A stretch of 64,000 nucleotides of DNA from Flavobacteriales bacterium (GTDB taxonomy: Bacteria > Bacteroidota > Bacteroidia > Flavobacteriales_D > Sanyastnellaceae), in the NCBI GenBank assembly GCA_042088625.1, contig JBELLK010000007.1:945-64944 (forward strand), in the 5' to 3' direction. Made by a program: the position numbers and the translations under genes. The notes under the pieces were generated by a model. The model ran no database searches and was not told the origin of the DNA. It saw only the letters and a list, made by a program, of their open reading frames with translations. Shown here in pieces: positions 19,462 to 27,465 of this stretch (its first letter is position 1; every line of letters begins with the position of its first letter).

Positions 19462-20706
19462 TTGGACATTTTTGATCGAATCCGTCAGGAGCGTGGACCC
19501 CTTGGTCAACACGCCCGCGACAGCCACGGTTACTTCACCTTCCCCAAGTTGGAAGGGGAAATCAGCAACCGCATGACCTTCCGAGGAAAAGAGCTTCTCG
19601 TTTGGAGCATCAACAACTACCTCGGCCTAGCCAACCACCCTGAGATCCGCAAAGTCGACGCGGAAGCAGCGGCCGAATGGGGCATGGGCTACCCGATGGG
19701 GGCCCGCATGATGTCAGGTCAAACCGCCCAGCACGAAGCCCTCGAACAAGAACTCGCCGACTTCATGCAGAAGGAGGATGCGTTCTTGCTCAACTTCGGC
19801 TACCAGGGTTGCCAATCGGCCATTGAGGCGCTGGTGTCGCGTCATGACGTGATCGTCTACGACAGCGAATCGCACGCATGCATGGTGGACGGGGTCCGTT
19901 TGCACCAAGGAAAGCGTTTTGTCTTCCAGCACAACGACATGGCGAGCTTTGAAAAGCAGCTCGTGCGTGCCAAAAACCTGACTGACCAAACCGGCGGCGG
20001 CATCCTCGTCGTCACGGAAGGCGTGTTTGGCATGGCTGGAGACCAAGGCAAACTCGCTGAAATCTGCAAGTTCAAGGAGGAATACAAGTTCCGTCTCTTC
20101 GTCGACGACGCCCACGGTTTTGGAACTGTAGGAGAGAATGGACGTGGTGCTGGCGACCACCAAGGCTGCCACGACCAAATCGACGTCTACTTCGGCACCT
20201 TCGCCAAGGCCATGGCCACCATCGGTGCGTTCGTGGCCGGAGACGAGGACGTGATTGAATTCTTGCGCTACAACATGCGCTCCCAGACGTTTGCCAAGTC
20301 GCTGCCAATGCCGCTCGTGGTTGGCGCGCGCAAACGCCTCGAAATGCTTCGCAGCCAGCCTGAACACAAGGAGAATCTGTGGAATATTGCAACGGCCTTG
20401 CAAGACGGCCTTCGCGCAGAAGGGTTTGACCTTGGTGTGACCAACTCCTGTGTCACCCCCGTGTTCTTGCACGGTGGGCTTGGAGAGGCCACCAACCTCA
20501 CACTGGATTTGCGTGAGAACTACGGCATCTTCTGTTCCATTGTCGTTTACCCAGTGGTGCCCAAAGACACGATCATGCTCCGCTTGATTCCCACGGCCAT
20601 CCACACTTTGGAAGATGTGAAATACACCATCGAGACCTTCACCAAGGTCAAAGACAAGTTGTTCGCCGGCGAATACAAAAGCGAGAAAATCGCTTCTTGG
20701 GCGTGA
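19462..20706 (+). CDS. PLP-dependent alpha-oxoamine synthase family enzyme (Kbl/BioF/serine-palmitoyltransferase-like)
   Basis: 414 aa. MDIFDRIRQERGPLGQHARDSHGYFTFPKLEGEISNRMTF... is the N-terminus typical of Flavobacteriia SPT/Kbl-like proteins. PLP-lysine context is FGTFAKAM. TTG start. Confidence 0.85.
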   Translation: MDIFDRIRQERGPLGQHARDSHGYFTFPKLEGEISNRMTFRGKELLVWSINNYLGLANHPEIRKVDAEAAAEWGMGYPMGARMMSGQTAQHEALEQELADFMQKEDAFLLNFGYQGCQSAIEALVSRHDVIVYDSESHACMVDGVRLHQGKRFVFQHNDMASFEKQLVRAKNLTDQTGGGILVVTEGVFGMAGDQGKLAEICKFKEEYKFRLFVDDAHGFGTVGENGRGAGDHQGCHDQIDVYFGTFAKAMATIGAFVAGDEDVIEFLRYNMRSQTFAKSLPMPLVVGARKRLEMLRSQPEHKENLWNIATALQDGLRAEGFDLGVTNSCVTPVFLHGGLGEATNLTLDLRENYGIFCSIVVYPVVPKDTIMLRLIPTAIHTLEDVKYTIETFTKVKDKLFAGEYKSEKIASWA

Positions 20707-20713
20707 CACGCTG

Positions 20714-21499
20714 ATGCGGGTCTTCATTGAATTGGCCTATGACGGCACCCATTATCACGGGTGGCAGCGGCAGCCTGAATCGATTTCGGTTCAAGAAGTG
20801 TTGGAAGAAACCTTGGCCCGCCTTTTTGGCGGGCCTCTTCCTGTGATGGGGTGTGGTCGCACAGACACAGGAGTTCACGCCAAGCATTTCGTGGCCCATG
20901 CTGATTTGCCGGATGGCACCCTTGGAGGACGCGTTCAAAATTGGGAGGAAGCCGTTCTGAAATTGAATGGCATGCTCCCGCCTGACGTAAGCATTTTCGC
21001 AATCCATGAGGTGGCTCCAAAAGCACATGCCCGTTTTGACGCCATCGAGCGTGGATACACCTATTTGGTGCACAATGCCAAGGATCCGTTCTTGGTGGGG
21101 CGGTCTACAAGGGTGTTTGGTGATTTGGATGTCGTTGCCATCGAGAAGGCGTGCCAACATTTGGTGCGGAAAGGCGATTTTGCATCGTTTTGCAAGTCGG
21201 GGACCAACCAAGGAACAACGTTGTGTGACGTGCGACGTGCGACCTGGGAAACGTTGAGTCCTACACGCTGGGCTTTCCACATTTCGGCCGACCGATTTTT
21301 GCGCAACATGGTCCGGGCAACGGTGGGCACCTTGATTGAAGTGGGGAAGGGGAAACGCTCGCCAGACGACATGATTGACATTTTGGAAGCATGTGACCGC
21401 AGTGCGGCAGGAAAGAGTGTCCTTGGCTGTGGGTTGTATCTGACGAATGTCGCTTATCCTGAGGACGTCTTCACGCCTGTTCGGGGAGAGTACCTTTGA
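20714..21499 (+). CDS. truA: tRNA pseudouridine(38-40) synthase TruA
   Basis: 261 aa. MRVFIELAYDGTHYHGWQRQ and the catalytic motif GCGRTDTGVHA. Confidence 0.93.
   Translation: MRVFIELAYDGTHYHGWQRQPESISVQEVLEETLARLFGGPLPVMGCGRTDTGVHAKHFVAHADLPDGTLGGRVQNWEEAVLKLNGMLPPDVSIFAIHEVAPKAHARFDAIERGYTYLVHNAKDPFLVGRSTRVFGDLDVVAIEKACQHLVRKGDFASFCKSGTNQGTTLCDVRRATWETLSPTRWAFHISADRFLRNMVRATVGTLIEVGKGKRSPDDMIDILEACDRSAAGKSVLGCGLYLTNVAYPEDVFTPVRGEYL
21491..21498 (+). promoter_or_regulatory. -7-like box TACCTTTG embedded in the truA stop region, 4 nt before ATG 21503
   Basis: Same 8-mer and spacing as at 6568 and 37673. It overlaps the truA codons TAC CTT TGA. Confidence 0.35.
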
Positions 21500-21502
21500 A
21501 CC

Positions 21503-23296
21503 ATGGCTTCGACCTCTTCTTCCAAAGCGGGCAACGTCTTTGACCTTGAGACAATCAAGGTGATCTTGTCCCAGGTCGGTCCTTATCGACGACGCTTTGT
21601 TTGGACAGGCATTTTGGTGGTGCTTCTTTCGAGCCTTGTTTGGATTCGACCCGCCTTGATTCGTCAGGCGGTGGATGTGCACATCGCTTCTGGCGATTTG
21701 GAGGGGCTGTTCCGTGTGTTTTTGCAAGTCATCGCGGTTTTGACCATCGAAGCCTTGGTGCAATACCGCGTGACTTATTTGGCCAATTGGGTGGCCCAAA
21801 GTGTGAGCCTCGACCTGCGGGCCAAGCTCTACCGTCACGTCTCGAGGTTTCGTCTCAAGTACTTCGACCAAACGCCCGTGGGTGCATTGGTCACAAGGCA
21901 CGTGAGTGACATAGACGGCGTGGCTGGCGTGTTCAGCAACGGAATTCTCAATGCAGTTGGGGATTTGTTGGCGCTGTTCGTGGTGATTGGCGCAATGCTC
22001 TACATCGATTGGAGCTTGACGCTTGTGGTGCTCATGCCAATCCCGGTGTTGTTGCTTGCCACAAGGGTGTTCCAAAAGCACATCAAAGGGGCTTTTGTGG
22101 ACGTCCGCAATCAAGTGGCCAAAATCAACGAATTCGTCCAAGAACACGTCACGGGCATGCACATCGTGCAGGCCTTCAATCGAGAAAACGTGGAAGCTGA
22201 GGCGTTTGCAGAGATCAACGAAGCCCATCGCGAGGCGAACATTCGGTCCATTTGGGCATTCAGTGTCTTCTTTCCCGTGGTGGAGATGTTGAGCGCCACC
22301 AGTGTCGGGTTGCTGCTTTGGTTGGGCATCGGCCATGTGGTGGAAGGTGGCTTGACCCTGGGGGTCGTTTTGCAGTTCATCCTTTACGTGTTCATGTTGT
22401 ACCGCCCGATCCGTCAACTTGCAGACCGCTTCAACGTGCTTCAAATGGGCATTGTGAATGCGGACAGGGTGTTCAAGTTGCTCGATCGCGACGACAGCAT
22501 TCCGGAGCCGGATGAGCCTGAATCCCCCAGTTGGAAGGGGGAAATCGCGTTTGAAGACGTTTGGTTTGCCTATGTTGACAAAGAAGATGGCAGCCCAGAT
22601 TGGGTGTTGCGCGGGGTCAGTTTTGTGGTCAAACCTGGGGAGCGCTTGGCATTCGTTGGTGCAACGGGTGCCGGGAAGAGTTCCATTGTGAATTTGATTT
22701 CGCGGTTTTACGAATTCCAAAAGGGGCGGATCACCATCGATGGGGTTGACATCCGGAACATTCCCGTGGACGAATTGAGGTCCCAAATTGGGGTGGTATT
22801 GCAAGATGTGTTTTTGTTCAGTGGATCGCTCCGAGAGAACGTCACGCTTCACGACGACAACATCACGGATGACGCCATTTGGGAAGCCATCGGCATGGTG
22901 GGAGCAGAGGGCTTCGTGGAACGTCTCCCGAGTGGGTTGGATCACGATGTGCGTGAACGGGGAGCAACCTTGAGTGTGGGGCAACGGCAACTCATTGCCT
23001 TTGTGCGTGCCTATCTCAGCAATCCCCACATCTTGATTTTGGATGAGGCAACGTCGAGCATTGACAGTGAAAGTGAGCAATGGATTCAGCGCGCGACTGA
23101 GATTTTGACAGAAGGCAGGACGTCCTTGCTTGTCGCACACCGTTTGAACACAGTGCGAGATGCAGACCGAATCGTTGTGTTGGAGAAAGGTGTGCTTGCA
23201 GAGCAAGGAACCCACGATGAGCTTGTCGCGCAAGGCAACATCTACCACGACTTGTTCGAGAAGCAATTCCTCGCCTTGGGCGGTGACGCCTCCTGA
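21503..23296 (+). CDS. ABC exporter, fused permease/ATPase (MsbA/multidrug type)
   Basis: 597 aa. Six-TM N-terminal half, Walker A (GATGAGKSS), signature (LSVGQRQLIAFVRA), Walker B (ILILDEATS). Confidence 0.9.
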   Translation: MASTSSSKAGNVFDLETIKVILSQVGPYRRRFVWTGILVVLLSSLVWIRPALIRQAVDVHIASGDLEGLFRVFLQVIAVLTIEALVQYRVTYLANWVAQSVSLDLRAKLYRHVSRFRLKYFDQTPVGALVTRHVSDIDGVAGVFSNGILNAVGDLLALFVVIGAMLYIDWSLTLVVLMPIPVLLLATRVFQKHIKGAFVDVRNQVAKINEFVQEHVTGMHIVQAFNRENVEAEAFAEINEAHREANIRSIWAFSVFFPVVEMLSATSVGLLLWLGIGHVVEGGLTLGVVLQFILYVFMLYRPIRQLADRFNVLQMGIVNADRVFKLLDRDDSIPEPDEPESPSWKGEIAFEDVWFAYVDKEDGSPDWVLRGVSFVVKPGERLAFVGATGAGKSSIVNLISRFYEFQKGRITIDGVDIRNIPVDELRSQIGVVLQDVFLFSGSLRENVTLHDDNITDDAIWEAIGMVGAEGFVERLPSGLDHDVRERGATLSVGQRQLIAFVRAYLSNPHILILDEATSSIDSESEQWIQRATEILTEGRTSLLVAHRLNTVRDADRIVVLEKGVLAEQGTHDELVAQGNIYHDLFEKQFLALGGDAS

Positions 23297-23297
23297 A

Positions 23298-23711
23298 TCA
23301 GGCCCAAGATGTGGAACGCTTGTAGCCTGTGGCGGTTAGCCAAGCCACCCGTTCTCCGTGCTGGTTGATGACTTCGACGTCCACGTGCACCATGCGCCGT
23401 CCTTCAGACCTCACGATGGCCCGCGATTCAATCGCATCTCCGAGCATGACTGGAGCGAGGTGCTGGATGGTGCTGGTCACGCTCACGGCATGCCTGCCTT
23501 TCGCATTGACGGCGAAGGCGAGCGTGCTGTCGGCCAAGGCGTACGTGATTGCGCCGTGCGCGATGCCAAACCCGTTGACCATGTCATCCCGAACGTTCAA
23601 TCGGCACCGACACACGCCCGGGCCGCTTTCCATGACTTCGATGCCAAGCCATTGGCTCATGGTGTCGGCGGCCATCATTTGGGCCACAATCGGGTGCATC
23701 TCTTTGCTCAT
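23298..23711 (-). CDS. paaI: Hotdog-fold thioesterase, PaaI type
   Basis: 137 aa with NGFGIAHGAITYALADS, located directly downstream of paaD. Confidence 0.8.
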   Translation of the reverse strand: MSKEMHPIVAQMMAADTMSQWLGIEVMESGPGVCRCRLNVRDDMVNGFGIAHGAITYALADSTLAFAVNAKGRHAVSVTSTIQHLAPVMLGDAIESRAIVRSEGRRMVHVDVEVINQHGERVAWLTATGYKRSTSWA

Positions 23712-23726
23712 GGCCTCAAGGTAGGT

Positions 23727-24221
23727 TCAGATGCATTTGAAGTGCTCAAAGGGCTCGAGGCATTCGTTGCACGTGAAGTGTGCCTTGCACGCGGTGCTGC
23801 CAAATGCAGAAACCATGCGGGTGTTGTTCGACTTGCAGTGCGGGCAGTCAAGCACCTTGCCTCCCCCTGTCAAAAAGGCCCGGTCGGCGCTGCTGCCTTG
23901 AGGAGGAGCAATGCCGTTTTGTCTCATTTTTTCATGAGCTGAAGGCAGGAGCCAATCCGTTGTCCAAGCGGGACTCAACACGATCTCGACCCGAGCAGAG
24001 GGCTCAATTTCCAAAATCGCTTTGGTCACATCTTCTGCAATCACATCGGTTGCGGGACAGCCAGAATAGGTTGGGGTGATGGAAACGACAAGGCAGTCGT
24101 CTTCAATCCGAACACCTCGGACCATGCCCATTTCCTCGACAGTCAGGTAGGGAAGTTCAGGATCGTATACCGTCCGGACCTTCATCCACGCTCGTTCAAT
24201 CCGCTGTTCGGAAGTCACCAA
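23727..24221 (-). CDS. paaD: 1,2-phenylacetyl-CoA epoxidase subunit PaaD
   Basis: 164 aa with DPELPYLTVEEMGMV, ITPTYSGCPA and a C-terminal Cys cluster (CPHCKS...C..C). Confidence 0.85.
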   Translation of the reverse strand: MVTSEQRIERAWMKVRTVYDPELPYLTVEEMGMVRGVRIEDDCLVVSITPTYSGCPATDVIAEDVTKAILEIEPSARVEIVLSPAWTTDWLLPSAHEKMRQNGIAPPQGSSADRAFLTGGGKVLDCPHCKSNNTRMVSAFGSTACKAHFTCNECLEPFEHFKCI

Positions 24222-24973
24222 GTTGCGTCGGGATAGGTTCGAGGCAGGACTTGCATCTCCGCGAGCATGTAGCTCAGGTGCTCTGTGTGAATGCCTTGCT
24301 TGCCACCTTTGTGCGACCAGGTCGTTTCAGGGATCATCAAGGTGGCTTCACGCAAACAGGCCTCCACGCGGGCGCGCCAAGCGCCAGCGAGGATGTCCAA
24401 ATCGGGCAGGAGCCCCGCTTCATGACCGGCCACATCGACGTCGTCCGCGTCGAACAATTCGCCGGTGTAGGCCCACAAATCGTTCACGCTGGTTTGGACT
24501 TTTTGGTGGCTTTCTTCTGTGCCGTCACCGAGACGGATCACCCATTTCGCGGCATGTTCCCAGTGGTATTGGAGCTCCTTCACCGCCTTGGCTGCAATTC
24601 CCGCCACTTCTGCGTCGAACAACTGTCGGGACAAAAAGGCATAACGCTCCAGGGCGAAGGCGCTGAACAACATGTGCCGAACAATCGTGTCGCCAAAATG
24701 ACCGTTGGGCAATTCGAGCAGCAGGTGATTTTGATACTCACGGTCTGTCCTGAAGAAGGCCAATTGGTCTTCGTCGCGTCCAGCGTTTTCCCGTGCACCT
24801 GCCAGCGTGTAGAAGTTTCGAGCTTGGCCAATGAGGTCGAGCGCCATGTTGGAAAGGGCAATGTCTTCCTCCAGGATGGGGCCATGGCCACACCATGCGG
24901 AGAGCCGTTGTCCCAAAACCAGGGCGTCGTCTCCGAGCCGCAGAATCGCTTGGATGTGCTGAGCTTCAGTCAT
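24215..24973 (-). CDS. paaC: 1,2-phenylacetyl-CoA epoxidase subunit PaaC
   Basis: 252 aa, ferritin-like, with LGDDALVLGQRLSAWCGHGPILEEDIALSNMALDLIGQAR. Operon position between paaB and paaD. Confidence 0.85.
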   Translation of the reverse strand: MTEAQHIQAILRLGDDALVLGQRLSAWCGHGPILEEDIALSNMALDLIGQARNFYTLAGARENAGRDEDQLAFFRTDREYQNHLLLELPNGHFGDTIVRHMLFSAFALERYAFLSRQLFDAEVAGIAAKAVKELQYHWEHAAKWVIRLGDGTEESHQKVQTSVNDLWAYTGELFDADDVDVAGHEAGLLPDLDILAGAWRARVEACLREATLMIPETTWSHKGGKQGIHTEHLSYMLAEMQVLPRTYPDATW

Positions 24974-24974
24974 C

Positions 24975-25268
24975 TCACATGTTGTTCACCTCGTCTGGCA
25001 ACTTGTAAAATGTGGGATGCCGGTAGATCTTGTCGTTGGCTGGGTCGAACATGGCGTCTTTTTCATCTGGGCTAGACGCTGTGATGGCTTCTGCAGGGAC
25101 CACCCAAATGCTCACGCCTTCTTGCCTGCGGGTGTAGACATCACGGGCGTTTTGAATGGCCATTTCTGCATCGGCGGCATGCAATGATCCAGCGTGTTTG
25201 TGTCCAAGGCCTTGACGGCTTCGGATGAAGACTTCCCAAAGGGGCCATTCGTGTTGGGTGGAGCTCAT
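24975..25268 (-). CDS. paaB: 1,2-phenylacetyl-CoA epoxidase subunit PaaB
   Basis: 97 aa with [30 protein letters not shown], typical of PaaB. Confidence 0.9.
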   Translation of the reverse strand: MSSTQHEWPLWEVFIRSRQGLGHKHAGSLHAADAEMAIQNARDVYTRRQEGVSIWVVPAEAITASSPDEKDAMFDPANDKIYRHPTFYKLPDEVNNM

Positions 25269-26224
25269 GCGGCGTGGGTAGAAGGGTTGGATTTGGCCGC
25301 TTGTTTGGCCGCATAAGCCTTCGCCGCATCGCGCACCCAGGTGCCACCTTCATGAGCATTGACACGGGCTTCGAGTCGCTCTTTGTTGCAGGGGCCGTTG
25401 CCTTGAATGACGTTGTAAAACTCATCCCAATTGATGGCGCCAAAGTCGTAGTGTCCGCGTTCTTCGTTCCAAACCAAATCTGGATCAGGGAGGGTCAATC
25501 CCAACAACTCAGCTTGGGGAACCGTCATGTCCACAAAACGCTGTCTCAATTCGTCGTTGGAGAAGCGTTTGATGTTCCATTTCATGCTTTGGGCGGAATG
25601 CGGGGAGTCTGCGTCGCTGGGACCAAACATCATCAAGGACGGCCACCACCACCGGTTCAGGGCGTCTTGGGCCATGGCTTTTTGGTCTTCAGTTCCTTGG
25701 GCCAGATTCAGCATGACCTGAAACCCTTGGCGCTGGTGGAAGCTCTCTTCCTTGCAGACACGCACCATGGCTCGGGCGTAAGGCCCATAGCTGCACTTGC
25801 ACAGGGGCACTTGATTCATGATGGCCGCGCCGTCCACAAGCCAACCGACTGCGCCCATGTCTGCCCAAGTGAGGGTAGGGTAGTTGAAGATGGAGCTGTA
25901 CTTCGCCTTGCCGGTGTGGAGGTCGTCGAGCATTTGGTCTCGGGTCACGCCCAAAGTTTCCGCCGCTGAGTACAGGTACAATCCATGGCCGGCCTCGTCT
26001 TGAACTTTGGCCAACAAAATCGCCTTGCGCTTCAAGGAAGGAGCGCGTGAAATCCAATTGCCTTCCGGAAGCATGCCCACAATTTCGCTGTGGGCGTGTT
26101 GGCTGATTTGACGAATCAACGTTTTGCGATAGGCCTCAGGCATCCAGTCTTTCGGCTCAATCTTTTTCTCTTCCGCCACGTAGGCGTCAAAGCGTGCTTC
26201 CAGGTTCATTTCTACAGGACTCAT
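25265..26224 (-). CDS. paaA: 1,2-phenylacetyl-CoA epoxidase catalytic subunit PaaA
   Basis: Start moved to ATG 26224 ([15 protein letters not shown]...). Di-iron ligand contexts are [18 protein letters not shown] and EESFHQRQG. Confidence 0.9.
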   Translation of the reverse strand: MSPVEMNLEARFDAYVAEEKKIEPKDWMPEAYRKTLIRQISQHAHSEIVGMLPEGNWISRAPSLKRKAILLAKVQDEAGHGLYLYSAAETLGVTRDQMLDDLHTGKAKYSSIFNYPTLTWADMGAVGWLVDGAAIMNQVPLCKCSYGPYARAMVRVCKEESFHQRQGFQVMLNLAQGTEDQKAMAQDALNRWWWPSLMMFGPSDADSPHSAQSMKWNIKRFSNDELRQRFVDMTVPQAELLGLTLPDPDLVWNEERGHYDFGAINWDEFYNVIQGNGPCNKERLEARVNAHEGGTWVRDAAKAYAAKQAAKSNPSTHAA

Positions 26225-26239
26225 GCGCGCGATTTTCCT

Positions 26240-26247
26240 CAAAATTA
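26240..26247 (-). promoter_or_regulatory. -7 promoter box TAATTTTG (minus strand), 15 nt before the paaA ATG
   Basis: Plus-strand CAAAATTA at 26240-26247; exact TAnnTTTG on the minus strand. Confidence 0.4.
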
Positions 26248-26321
26248 GCAAGATGCTGTCCTCCTGCGTTTGAAGGCAGCCACAATGTGCCCAAACCGCG
26301 GTGTGGACTACTTTCGCACCC

Positions 26322-27392
26322 ATGGCAACATTTCACGCTTTGCGGGTCCAAGAGGTGGCCCGGGAAACAGCCGATTCAGTCGTTGTTTCGTTCGAAGTTC
26401 CTGATGCGCTCAAGGGTGCATTTGCGTTTCAAGCCGGTCAGTACCTGACCTTGAAAACGACCCTCGGTGGAGAAGAAGTTCGCCGCAGTTACTCGTTGTG
26501 TTCTGCGCCTTCTGACGGTGCGTGGAAGGTGGGCATCAAAAAGGTGCCTGGAGGCAAGTTCTCCACCTTCGCCAATGACCAACTCGAAGCGGAAACGTCC
26601 ATGGAAGTCATGGACCCCCAAGGCCGATTTGTGTTGAAGGAGGGGCGAGGGCTGCACCACGTTGGCATGGCCGCTGGATCGGGAATCACGCCCATTTTGA
26701 GCCAAGTCAAGGAATTGCTTTCAACCGACGAAACGGCAACCTACACGTTGTTTTACAGCAACAAAACGGCAGCGAGCACGATGTTCCGCGAGGAACTGCA
26801 GGATTTGAAAGACCGTTTCCTCGAGCGTTTGCGGTTGTTCCACTTGTTGACACGTGAACCAGTCGATGCGGAACTGCTTTCAGGTCGTCTTGACAAAGCA
26901 CGTTGTGCCAGCTTGCTTTCCACGTTCTGTCAGGGGCGATCGCTCGATGCCGCGTATTTGTGCGGTCCTGAAAGCATGATCATGGAATGCAAAGACGCCC
27001 TCGTCGAGGCTGGCATAGCAGAAGGCGATGTGCGCTTCGAGCTGTTCACCACCGCGGGGGCGACTCAGGCCAAGCCGACGGTGGCCGAACATGCTGGCGC
27101 ATCTTCGGATGCTGTCCCCATGCAAGTGGTGTTGGACGGCGTAACCACTTCGTTGGAATTGGCGAAGGACAAAAACATGCTCGACGCAGCCCTTGACGCT
27201 GGACTCGATGCGCCCTACAGCTGTTTGGGAGGCGTTTGCTGCACCTGCCGCGCCAAATTGGTGGAAGGCAAGGCTTCAATGAACGTCAATTATGCACTCG
27301 AGCCAGGTGAGGTGGAACGCGGTTATGTCCTTGCGTGCCAGGCACACGTGGAAGGAGAGGGGCCTGTGGTGCTCGATTTCGACCAGCAATAA
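26322..27392 (+). CDS. paaE: Phenylacetyl-CoA epoxidase reductase subunit PaaE (FNR-like + plant-type 2Fe-2S)
   Basis: Start at ATG 26322 ([12 protein letters not shown]...). FAD motif [11 protein letters not shown] motif MAAGSGITP, and a C-terminal 2Fe-2S motif ([13 protein letters not shown]...LACQ). Confidence 0.88.
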   Translation: MATFHALRVQEVARETADSVVVSFEVPDALKGAFAFQAGQYLTLKTTLGGEEVRRSYSLCSAPSDGAWKVGIKKVPGGKFSTFANDQLEAETSMEVMDPQGRFVLKEGRGLHHVGMAAGSGITPILSQVKELLSTDETATYTLFYSNKTAASTMFREELQDLKDRFLERLRLFHLLTREPVDAELLSGRLDKARCASLLSTFCQGRSLDAAYLCGPESMIMECKDALVEAGIAEGDVRFELFTTAGATQAKPTVAEHAGASSDAVPMQVVLDGVTTSLELAKDKNMLDAALDAGLDAPYSCLGGVCCTCRAKLVEGKASMNVNYALEPGEVERGYVLACQAHVEGEGPVVLDFDQQ

Positions 27393-27410
27393 AGACGGTT
27401 CCTTGAAAAG

Positions 27411-27444
27411 AAAAAAGGGCTGCCTTCACGGGCAGCCCTTTTTT
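27411..27444. terminator. Bidirectional rho-independent terminator between paaE and the T9SS cargo gene
   Basis: AAAAAA (27411-16), GGGCTGCC (27417-24), 6-nt loop, GGCAGCCC (27431-38), TTTTTT (27439-44). Confidence 0.75.
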
Positions 27445-27465
27445 ATGATCCGAGGTTTCACATCA

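Noticed and set aside
20648-23266. 872-aa ORF on the minus strand, the longest ORF after the T9SS cargo gene.
   Set aside because: It is antisense to truA and the ABC exporter, both of which have unambiguous catalytic motifs. Its own translation has no motifs and an odd H/Q/R/C-rich composition. It is a shadow ORF caused by codon bias.
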